From the human T2T-CHM13v2.0 reference genome, Homo sapiens: DNA of 64,000 nt. The position numbers and the translations under genes were made by a program. This document shows, piece after piece, positions 13,224 to 24,587 of this stretch. How positions within the stretch are numbered: position 1 is the stretch's first letter; each line of letters starts with the position of its first letter. Below the pieces are notes generated by a model. The model did no database searches, was not told the origin of the DNA, and worked only from the letters and a program-made list of their open reading frames with translations. The stretch lies in NCBI RefSeq assembly GCF_009914755.1, contig NC_060942.1; one strand, 5' to 3'.

Positions 13224-15513
13224 CCCACATTAATCTCTATTGCTGCTATTTTTCAGCATCATTTCGATGTTTAACAATCTGAACTAACAGCCATTTTAAA
13301 ACATGTCCCAAGCTTCTGGAGGGAATCTGCCCCCTATGCCAACCATTTGTTTCTTAACTGTGGTACACTTCCAACCATCTTGATGGACTGACCTGCTCTG
13401 GGACTGAACAGAAGAGTGGACAATTTTTTGTTTGTTTTAATTGAAGGTCCTTAATGTGGGCCACATGTTCCTGGCGGTCATTTGGAAGGCAGGGGCAGGG
13501 AATGCAAAGTGGCAGGGAGTTGGGGGTGGGGGAGGGGTAAGTGGGGAGGGGCTGGATGATGAAAAGACCAGTTCCACAAGCGAAGCACATTAGCAACCCA
13601 GAGTGGAAAGGGCCGGAAGGAAAACCCACCCACCTCACCCCTGCGTTCATTCTATCAACCTGCAATTGCTGCAATCAAAACCATATGTCGGTTCTTCCAG
13701 ATCTTTCTCACAGGACAAACATGCGAAGGGCCTCAGGCCTGGCGTTGCCATCAAATGGTAATTGATACCATATGAGCCACAAAATAGAAAAGCACATGCA
13801 AACAGCAACCACTCTCGCGGCACCCTCCTCCCTCCCACCTTCCAATCCCCTGCTTGGCCCCTTGAGAGGGATGAAATTGCAGGTCTTGCCGGGCTGCTAA
13901 GTGCACAGTGCACCATGAAAAACAAGTGTATGTGGCTCCAGTAACCACCTGTAAATCAGAGAGAAAGGAGGGTCCACTAGCCAAGAGCTCGTCCCAGAGA
14001 ACAGGCGAAGGCAAAAGGTCACTCTGGGTTAATACAAGGTCATCGATCATGGGGGAAAATGAGCACAGGTGTGAAGCAGATCACAGGCCCAGAGCAGGGA
14101 ATGACCCCCCTGGTCCCTCAGCACATCCGGCCTGGAGAAAGCTCGTTACCGCTAAGCCACATCTGTCTTCCTCCCCTCCCACCAGTGAGATAGTGGGAAA
14201 GTGGAAACCACTCCCCAATTACAAGGCAATTAGAAGAAAAGTGACCCCAATCCCGTATCTGCTGCTCTCCTTTTCTGAAGCCCTTTTGCATCCCATTGTT
14301 CTCACAGCAGAAAAAAAAGTCAAGAAAACCCGCTGAGCTGGGGGTTCTGCCAATTGCTGGTTGAATGTAATACAGTAGGTAAAATCCGTCTCTTATTTCC
14401 ACCAACACTGACAGAAGTACAAGTAGCATACGGCTCTCGCCTCTGCATGTATATATTTTCTTATTAACTCGATCGGGCAGAAATTTGCAGAGATTTGTTT
14501 GGATTTAGAAGTCACAACAGAATGTCAGTTTCACAAACCAAGGCTCATTCTGTGGTGAAATGTACAGCTCTGGACCCAATCGTTCACCGCACACAGCTAT
14601 TTGTTCCAATTCCTCCAGCAGCCGCTTCTGAACAAACAACTAACTTATTCTAAACACACGCAACGGCTCTAATTTTTCTTCCTTCCCCCTATCCCATTAT
14701 ATGTGATATTCTAGTCTTATAGATCTTATGAAGTTTAAATATTTTCCAGATGGGCCTAGGGAGCACAGAACCGTGTAAACACTTTAAATTATAAAAGGGC
14801 CAAGTAAACACTTAAAACAGAAGAGGATGATGATGAGATTCTTCTTTTGCAAACAGTAATCTAGTGAGCTAACACCAAAAACTGTAAAAAAAAAAAAAAA
14901 AAAAAAAAAAGTGGGGGGGGATTCGGGTGGGGGAGAGTTATCAATTCCCTTTCTCCCCCTCCAAAACTCTTGGAAGATGAGCTGATTCATCCTCGTTTAG
15001 GTTGTATCTATTTATATCTTTTCTAAGTAAACCGTTTCTGAGAAAAAAAGATGATTTAAGCTCAATTTACAATTCAATACATCACAATGGTAAGAAACAA
15101 AACCGTGGTTGTAACCGAATGATAAATTCCACTGTCCTGCAGAGGGAAAATTAATAAGGCCTATTAACTCCGTCCGTTTGCCCTGATCCTCAGCAGTCCT
15201 CTATTCCTAAAAGTCTGGCCACAAAAGACCTGAACAAGGTGGCACTTGCCAAGGACCCTCGGCCACGAGGCAATCCAGGAACATTCGTAATGACAGTCAG
15301 CACCAATCCAAAAGAAAAGGACGTGAGCAGATGAAGGTGGTAAAGTAACCCGGGCAGAGCGAATTAAAATGAAAGTTCTGGTGAATGCCAGGGAAGACAG
15401 AAGTAGTGCAAAGCAAATGGGTAACATACAAGTCAAAGCAGCACAGTGCAGCCCAAGAGGTGTCAAGTCAGGCAGGCTCAGGATAGACCACTTTGGGGAG
15501 ACTCTGACCTTAC

Positions 15514-15582
15514 CTCTGCTTTCCCTTCGTGGTCCAGGCAACATAGCCCTGTATCTGAGCATCTGCATTGTTTAAATTTCAT
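15514..15582 (-). CDS. TCF4: TCF4 alternative first coding exon 10b (TCF4-H N-terminus MKFKQCRCSDTGLCCLDHEGKAE)
   Basis: acaggATG, 23 codons, then GAG|gtaagg donor in phase 0, compatible with exon 10. Matches my recall of the TCF4-H N-terminus. Too short for the ORF track. Confidence 0.88.
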
Positions 15583-15950
15583 CCTGTGGTGTTGTTTGCT
15601 GATTGGTCAGACATGGCTGACAGCATCAGAACTTCAATCTGACACACAAGGAGCAAGCAGGACCACAGCCCAGAATTCATAATGGGAGGGAGAGAGGGAA
15701 CTTCATGCTGGATATATGAAACTCAGACCCGCAGATGTCCGCTGTGAGGCCTGTGGCTGGCCTAGGGGTGGGAGGGCCTAGGATGAGACCGGGAGGAGGG
15801 CATGAAGAAGGGGAGGTGGGACAAGCCCAGCCACCCAAATGACCAGGCATGAGGCGTCCCCTGGATAAAGCTGCATCTGGAGCCCGTTTAGCAGCTTCCT
15901 TCTTGCCACTCCCAGTTCCTGTGACCTCCTGGGAATAGAGGAGGTCTCCT
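15583..15950 (-). promoter_or_regulatory. TCF4: 5'UTR and promoter of exon 10b
   Basis: GC-richer stretch upstream of the ATG, with CCAAT (gattgg 15601), GT/GC boxes (ggggtgggaggg) and E-boxes (CAGATG, CATCTG). TSS cannot be determined from sequence. Confidence 0.55.
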
Positions 15951-16321
15951 TCCCTGAATGCCTCTTTTACAGAATAAAAGTGGTGTTTTCAGTTTGGGGC
16001 AATGCATTTATTTCTCAAAATATCTGACATTTTCCCAAGTAGAGAGAAGCTACTAAAGAGAGCCCAGTTGTCAAAAGCATCCCATCCAGATTTCTCTTAT
16101 GGTGAGGAATGGCCTCCAATTTAATGGACTTCCTTAACTCTTTGATAGCAGTAAAGCAAAAAAGTAAAGGAAGAGACAAAAAGGTTGAAGGTGTTTAAGA
16201 CGTGGCAAGTAAACTTGCCATAGAAATAATGAAAACAGACAGAAAAGAAAGAAAATAGCTTGCAAGTGGGAGAGGAAAGAAGAACCTCCTTCTCTTCCTA
16301 CTTCCAACCTGGCTCCCAGTA

Positions 16322-16324
<3 letters not shown>

Positions 16325-16368
<44 letters not shown>
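16325..16368. repeat. Perfect (AC)22 microsatellite; (UG)22 in TCF4 pre-mRNA
   Basis: Seen directly. Confidence 0.97.
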
Positions 16369-16370
<2 letters not shown>

Positions 16371-19300
16371 CTACACACCTGACCCAGCTACTGGCAATGG
16401 GTGCAACTGAGTTTACCTGATGTAAAATGCAGGATCGCTTTCCCTCCTGAAAGTTTATATGTAGGATTATCACCTCCAATTAAGGGTCAGTGTTAGTCTA
16501 TTTAAACTTTTGCCTTCGTGTCCCTACTACATAGAATCATGACTGCAACTCTAGGGAGGAATATCAGTCGAATATAAAAATCCAAGCAGACTTCCTAGGG
16601 CTCAGCAAAGAACATTACTTGCAATTTTTCTCTTTCCCAATTTCTCCTTTTCCAGAATTCTTTGTTAGAATTTTGGAGAAGGTATCATGGATTCTGTAAT
16701 AATTACAGAAGAAGAAAAGATATAAGGTGAAGTAAGGACAACAGTGCAATAAAAAAAGATGGATAAAAGTGGCAGGATTTGAGGATAAAATAATGGCTGG
16801 AGAGATCAGGTTATTAAAACAAACAAGTGAAATGGACAGAAAAAAGGAAGAAGACCCTTTGGCTGAGGGGAAGGAAAAGGTTAACACGACATGAAAATCA
16901 AGATTTAATAAAAATTAATCCTTGAAAACACCATCACTGATTTAAAATCAATTTGAAATAGTGAAATAGCAAAGCAGGACAAAATAAATCCATCTGGTTT
17001 AAAATAAAAGAAAACCTCTACCACAACCTTCTCACCTCTTCACTTCCAAAAAAGAAAGAAAGAATCTCATTTTCCTTTCTACGGTGTAAACATTAGTTAT
17101 ATGGCCTAATTTTCTAAATAAAGCTGGAAAGACAAACCAGTGAAATCCAAAGAGTTAAGGAAAGGATATTAGCATAAAGGAAATATATATGAAAATTAGA
17201 GCAACAAAGCAGCAGGAGCAATAGATATAAGTAAAGCTAGAGGGTCAGTGTGAATGGCGGAAGTTGTGAATAGGAAAAGAAGCCCAGAAGGAAGGAAGTG
17301 GCCAAGGTGGTCTGCATTTCATTCAGTGAAGAAGACGGTATGAAAGAAACATACTAGGCAAGCATACAGAAATGACTGAACACCAGAAAACATAAACAAA
17401 AATATAGGAATTCGATGTGAGAGTAAGACAAATAAGCCTAATGTAACAGAGATCAAATAGACATTGGAAAAACAGAATGCAGTTTGTCAGAAGCATTTAA
17501 AAAGTGCCTTAAGATACATAGAATTATAAATACAGTTTTGCTAAAGGTATGCTAAACAGCACACCTTTACAACCACTATAGACTGAGGAGATTATATGAA
17601 AAACAATATCATGCATTTCTTGAATCTACTTCCTAATTAAAAAAAACTGTCCCAACTTCCAAGATCCATTTACGATTGCATGAGACAACAACGAACATAT
17701 CACACGAGGGCAGAATTCCTTGTCAGGAATGAACCTAAGTAATGCAAATGGTAGTTTTTTGGGGCACATTTCATTATCCAAGACATTCAAGGTATTAAAG
17801 GAATATTCATGCAAGCACCTCACCCAAGACCAAAGGAAATCTTTGGTCCTTATTCAAAAGGTTCAATCTACTCATGAACTAGATATGGGAAGGATCAGTT
17901 GAGAAAATGTGATTTAAGAAGAGAGCATTTGTAGCATTAGCTCTGAAAGCCTGAACCGCCTTTCAAGCTCCTGGCCTAGTTTTTAACTCAGAAGAGGATC
18001 AACTTTGTTTCAATGATAAACCAATAATTGCATATTTGGTGGAAAAGTCTACAGCTCTGTCAAGCAGCAAAGGAAGCATGGTGACAGCAGTTTCAGGTGA
18101 CGGGACACAATAAAAACAATGAGGAAAGAAAATGTTTGCTTTTTCTGTCAACTGAGATGTCAGTACCCATTAATAAATCTATCTGCTAAAGCTACTCTTA
18201 TTCATGTGGGACATCACCAATTTGAAGTAAAATAAATTATCTTTAATTAAATGGAATTGTCGTCTTCCTCCCGCTATCATCCCCAATTATTACATCCTAA
18301 TCAGCCTTTTAGGGAGAAGGCAAGAGAGAAGGCTGAAAGGCACATTGACTATAAACAATTTCTCTTTCTGTCAACTGGTAAAATTTTTAATTTTAATTAT
18401 TGATTATAACTACAATTTTTCGATCTAAGTAATGAAAACCACAAAAATTCTGTCACTTACAGGGGGAACACTGTACATGGTCACTTCCAAATTTCCTTTA
18501 ACTCTTTCTCTGTGAAAATTTCCAAAAACCAGAAGAAATCACTATGAACTAAGCAAATTATCTATTTAAACCTAATCTATTACTTTTATTTCCAGTACAA
18601 AAGTACCAGTTTCAATTAATACTCCAGAATGCACAGCACTAACTGAATGCCAGCTAGGATGTATGTTTTTGGTTGTTAAGCTTTCAAAAACTAGGATTAC
18701 GGAATGGTATCAATTTATGTTTAGACAAGAATGGTATATACACTTTAAATATTAAGACATGTAACTGGATAAATGGAGGTGGGTGATCTTATTACCAATG
18801 CTTACGATTTCCTCTGCCCCAGTTTTCAGCTCCCCTAATTCTCTTTTTTTGTAACTTCACCCAAATTCTAACAAAAGCAATGTGTATTTTTAATCAAGTG
18901 ATTCATATGAAATATATGCTATTATCAGTTTCCATACTGATAGGATAATGCCCTTCAAAATAAATGATGAAATCAATAAGTAAATGAAGTAGTGTGTCAC
19001 TCCCACTCCAAAGATACAGAGGTGAACTATTTTCCCAAGAGTGACAAAGAATGAATTTAGGAGCAACTGGGCACACCTTCATTTACCGTGCCCCTTCCGA
19101 CTCTACTCCCAACAACCAGGTTGGATTTTGTTTGCTTCACTTTTTGTTATAACTATAGACTTTGCAAGGGAGGGTGGGGAGTTTTCACCTTCCATGTAAC
19201 AACAAAATCAACCACTGAAATTGGGAAGTGAATTATTAATTATTTGTTCTACATAGAAGATAAATGTATCTAGAATAAACAGGTAAGGGTGTTGACTGTT

Positions 19301-21364
19301 TTCTGACTGCTTAGTGTTACTTTTAAAAATGTAATTTTTTCAGGGTGTAGTACTGTTTTCATTTAGCATGCCTTTGAATTGCCGCCTACAGAAGTAAAAA
19401 AAGAAACCACAGCTATACAAGCCTGCTGACTTTCTTATAAAAGAACCAGTTTTTAACTTGTTTATACTACTGATTCCAAATGAATTCAAGATGGTGGCTA
19501 GTTAAAGAAAGCAAGCCCATGCCAGGGAGTTTGATCAAAGAACTTCAATTCAGCAATGTTCAGTTTTAATTGACCACTAATTAAGCTACATTAGTCCAAG
19601 AAAGGTCTGTATCACTTTGAGTAATAAAGAAAAGAATTAATTTAACCCTGTGTCAGTCAGCTTTAGTAAATTCATCTGAAAGCAACTTCTCAAACGACAG
19701 GCATGAAAGAGGTGTCTGGTGTTAAATGCCAAATGTGGTCTACAGAATTCAGAGAAGACCAGGAACTCCGTTTTCAAGGGTATTTGTTACTTTGCTAGTG
19801 ATGTCACCTTGCAGGTATAATTATCTTCATTACAGATACAAAGATGTCAGCTTTACTCCCTGGGTTGCAAAGGGTTGCTTTAAAATTGGATTCAAAACAT
19901 GGCATCATACCAGCCACAGTTTTAACTTTCCTGTATTCTAGACAAAAATAGAGTGGATTTGCAAAATCATGAGAATTTTCAAAGGCTTGGAACTCTCCTT
20001 CTGGGAAAAGTGAGTTGAAGACTGGGTGGGGGCAGGGGGAATAAAACAACTGCAATAACACCACCAAAAAAGCTCATTATAATTAGGAACCACAAGCTAT
20101 GACAACCATGACAGCAGCATTCAAAGTCCATGTGTTAAAATAGTTCATTTCTGAAAATCCAGTTGCAAAATTTTTATTTTCCCACACATTGTACATCAAA
20201 ATTTTTTTATCCACAATTCTGATTTAAAAAAAGGCTTTTAGGAAGAGGGAAAAAAATTATAAAGCAGCAACAAACTCCATTTCAGGATTTAACATCAAGA
20301 TGTAAGATATAAGAAAACACTGCTTTAAAACTTGGGTGTTTATGACTGGTAAAGTCCTTCACCTTAACTCAGAGGTAAATGACCTATGGTCTTATGACAA
20401 ATGTCAAATAGTAAAAATATGTTTACATTTTAAAAGTAAACCCAAACGTCAATGGTACGCTGGCTTCTATTTTATATTAATTACCTCTGCCCTCCAAGCC
20501 TGCATGAAGAGCATTGGCTGTTGTATCACTGAAAGCCATAAGGGTCAAATACTCTTGAAGAGGTGTACTCTGTGGCCTCAACACACATTATATTTCGTCT
20601 TAATAGTTTCTGGCAACCAAAGACTGCATTTTCTACAATAGTATTTAATAAATAACATTTTTAAATCATTCTGCCGGTACTCATTAAAATGCACTTGTTT
20701 GTGAAATGCAATAGTTAGCTCTATGAAACCAAAATATTAATGCAAATTGGAATTTCTAAGTTTAAAGTGGTATTTGCATAACAGGAACTAAACGTGGCAC
20801 AAGCTGAAAGAGTGCACAGCACACAAATGCTTCTCAACACCATAATTATTACAAACAAAATGATGGCTTACATATACACCATTAGAAGCCCAAGGCATCT
20901 GCCAGTCTGTGTCACCATAGGCTTCCAGTGCTCCCAATGTCTAGACTGTAGCAACGAGAGGATGATGGGGAAAGCTCTGGAATTGTCTCACCTGTTAAAG
21001 TAGCACAGGTACAAGGCACCAACAATCTCATTCCCAGTGCTTAATAATAGCCTAGGGCTAGCCCATTCATCTGTTGCCACCTATGGTTATCACTGAAAAG
21101 TAATTAATATGATTTTGAGTGCATGTATGAATGAACATGGTCTTCAGCACTACCAACGCTAACTGGGCACATTTGTCCAACTCAGTGATGCAGGAAATGG
21201 AAAGATAGTATGGATGTAGGTATGTACTTACTTAAGTACTACTTAAGTGACACAACTTTATAACAACACAAAGTCAGGTTAGGGACTAAATGACTGCTAA
21301 GGACAAGATGGACAGACGTTTTCATTTACTATGAAAAATATTTGGATTATGTGAGTAAATACAT

Positions 21365-21483
21365 ATTTTTAAAAAATTTTAGATCCAAGGGGTATACGTG
21401 CTTGTTGTTACATGGAATATTGCATGCTGCTGGGGACTGGGCTTCTAATGTACCCATTACCCAAATGGTGAATATTGAACCCA
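21365..21483 (-). mobile_element. L1 3' end fragment (L1PB / old L1PA-like)
   Basis: ggggtatacgtgcttgttgttacatggaatattgcatgctgctggggactgggcttctaatgtacccattaccca. Confidence 0.8.
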
Positions 21484-22025
21484 ATTTAACTTTTGATAAA
21501 ATACTACTTTTTACTAAAACAGCAAGAGCAGAGGCATGAGCTCTGTAAAATTTGGCAGACACCAGCTCTCTCGGGAGCATTCTACCCAAAGGTCTTGTCT
21601 AACTGTATGTATGGACATATGCCCGTATGGTGGATGTGACACATTCATTAGGCTGCATAAACATTTCTTGGTTGTCTACAATATGCCAAAAGGTCTACAA
21701 AGATGCATTAAGACATGGTCCCTTCTGGAGGGTATCACTGGCTGGAAATTCAAGGTCCCCATTGTGTGCAGACAGGCAAAGGGCTGTATCCTTTGAAAAG
21801 TTTGTGTAACTCAAGCTCTAAATTTAAATTCAGTTGAGATAAGCATTCAGTAAAGTGCTACAAGGTAGCATTAAAATGTCAATTCTTACATCAGATATTT
21901 GACAATAAAGCTAAGAAAAATGTAAAAATATCCTATTGGAATATATAGCAGCAATGACTCTATTCTGTCATGACCCACATGATCTTCAGCAAGTTTTAAT
22001 CCCTCAATGCTTCCATTTCCCAGGC

Positions 22026-22578
22026 CAGCACCTCCCCATGGAACTTTCTACAATGATACAAATATTCTGTATCTGTGCTAATACAGTAGCCACTGATCAT
22101 ATATGAAAACTCAGTAATTGAAACTTGGCTAGTGCAACCAAGGAAGTGATCTTTTTAAAGTTTTATTTAATTCTCATTGACTGACATCATTTATTTATTA
22201 TTATTATTATTATCATTATTTTTAATTTTAGAGACAGGGTCTTGCTCTGCTGCCCAGGCTGGAGCACAGTGGCATGATCACAGCTTGCTGCAGCCTCAGC
22301 TTCCTGGGCTCAATGATCCTCCTGCCTCAATCTCCTAAGTAGCTGGGACTATAGATGAGCGCTACCATGCCTGGCTAATTTTTTTTTTTTTTTTAACTTT
22401 TTCTAGAGACAGGGTGTCCCAATGTTGATCATGTTGATCTTGAACTCCTGGGCTTAGGCAATCCTCCCGCTTCAGCTTCCCAAAGTGCTGGGATTACAGG
22501 CATAAGCCACTGTGCCTGGCCTTCATTTGAATGTTAATAGCCACATGGGGCCAGTGGCTACCTCACTGAACAGGCCAG
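22026..22578 (+). mobile_element. MER3 (hAT-Charlie DNA transposon) split by an Alu
   Basis: gaactttctacaatgat...cagtagccact...ggctagtgcaac on the left; aatagccacatggggccagtggctacc on the right. Confidence 0.8.
22190..22521 (-). mobile_element. Alu (AluJ-like) with (TTA)n-derived tail
   Basis: gagacagggtcttgctctgc...gatcacagcttgctgcagcctc are J-type diagnostics. Confidence 0.95.
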
Positions 22579-24234
22579 GCTTTGCCTGTGAAATGGGATG
22601 ATGACTCCTGCATCACCTATCTTACTGAGGTGCAGTAACGATCAAATTAGAACTGGGTTGAGAAAATGTCTGAAAGAACCGAAGCTTACAACTGTATTTT
22701 ACTGGATATTAATTATTGCTACAATATTTTCTGTAAGCTTTATTTTAACTGTAAGCCACTTTCCTAATAATTAAAAGTCACAGTAAGATTGGTTTTATAC
22801 TCCATAAATGTCTGAGTTAAATACCACACAGGCAAGCTTCCTGAAGCATATTCTAAAAACACTGTGTAAGCAAGTTATTGTTCTACAATTATTCAGAGGG
22901 ACATATGGACTATAAGAGAAATACTGAGAGTGCAACACAGATAATCAATGATTGATCAAAAAAAGGTCAATACTCCCTCAAATAGTTTCACTTACAGGAA
23001 ATTCATGATTTAAAAAAATTACCATCTTCCAGAAACAGAAATATTCAAATAAAAAAATTACCATAAAAATAGTAATCTTTATTACTTGTCTGGCACACAA
23101 AAAGAATGTTAAAATTTTCTTTTCAGTTGCTCACTTTGAGTACAGACAACGCTGTACAATAAAAGGTGGAAGACAGTTCAAAATAAATGCCAGTTTAGGG
23201 CAAACTTATAGATGGTTACAGATGTGATGTACAAAGTAAACCTAAACACATCAGTGTGATTTTACTAGAATGTGTTGTACCAAGCTGGACAGGGAAACAG
23301 GAAGAGTGAAGTGCAGGGTCTGAGAATGCCTGTGGGAAGGAATTGAAATTCCATTAGCTAATGGGCTAAGCAATAAATGAAAGCATATCTGTACACCAAA
23401 GATATACTGCAAATCAGAGCTGCCATTCCCGTGCCCAGCCTCCATATCTACTCTCATTAAACCTTGGAGAACTTTGTATATCATGGGGAGGAAATTGAAG
23501 AGTGGCTCAAGTTACTGTGAGGCTTGGCAACTAGCTCCAAAATGTGGCACCTAAGGAGTGAGGTCTAGAAGTTGGCAGATGTAAGACTCAGCCACCAGAT
23601 CCTGCCACCTTCCTCCACAGGGTGCTACAGAAGGCAACTGAGGTTTCAAAATCACTTCCGTATCATGGCCAAGAATTATCCACATTGAGGAGAAGCGCAG
23701 CAGTGGCAGGGAGAGAGGTCCCCAGTTGTGAGGAGGTAAAGGAGTTGCATTATTGGGAAAGCTGGAAAGAACATCTTCAATGTTGGCTTTAAATTTTAAT
23801 CTTTTCTTGATAACAGACGATATGATGTTATGATGTTAATGATGATGTAAACAATGTCCGTAATGCCAAAAAACTTAAAACATAATTATTAATTAGTTTC
23901 TTTATGCTAATTTCTTCTTTCCACTTTATGTCCTGTAGGGAAAAAATGGTAATACACTTCCTCATTTAGGATGATTCAAGACAAACCAATAGTTACACTG
24001 ATAGAGGGTTCTAAACATTTTAAAAGGTAAGACAAATATATGTTTAGGGTATGCAGACATGTTGTGTTACTGACTCAACATATTCTAACAGCTGCTTTGA
24101 AGCCATTCCAGTTGGTTCACAAATAATGTACAATATTTAATACACTATAAAATCTCACGTTTTCATGGTAAAACGTAGAAATACCTGGGCAATGCTATAG
24201 TGTGCTATGCCAAAACAAACAAACAAAAAACAAT

Positions 24235-24312
24235 GTTTTGGAAACAAAAGAAAAAAGGAAAGAAAAGAAAAGGAAAAGGGAAATAGAAAGGGAAAGAAAA
24301 AAAACAAAAAAA
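24235..24312 (+). repeat. GA-rich polypurine low-complexity tract
   Basis: Seen directly. Confidence 0.85.
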
Positions 24313-24410
24313 TGTTATCCTCTATAAATGCCTCACAATGCCAAGATTTAATTATGGAACTTATTATGACATTATTTAATTCTTAAGGTCCAGATATATC
24401 ACTTTGCAAG

Positions 24411-24587
24411 CAGGACTTCCCAACCTCAGCACTTCTGAGGGTCTGTCTTGCACGCTGTTAAGATGTTTAGTAGCATCCCTGGCCTCCAGCCCTAGATGCC
24501 AGTAGCAAGCTCCTGCCTGACCCCCACAGTTGTGACAATCAAAAGCGTTTCCAGATATTGCCGTATGTCCCCTGGGGAACACCCTGT
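24411..24587. mobile_element. MER20 (hAT-Charlie)
   Basis: gatgtttagtagcatccctggcctc...tagatgccagtagca...cagttgtgacaatcaaaagcgtttccagatattgcc. Confidence 0.88.

Larger units (their letters stand above)
21975..22675 (+). mobile_element. MIR split by MER3 (halves ~21975-22021 and ~22580-22675)
   Basis: tgatcttcagcaagttttaatccctcaatgcttccatttcc and ctgtgaaatgggatgatg...gatcaaattag are consecutive parts of the MIR consensus. Confidence 0.6.

Noticed and set aside
15164-15568. 134-aa minus-strand ORF overlapping exon 10b
   Set aside because: Different frame from the recognised TCF4-H peptide, runs through the donor, and shows no homology I recognise.
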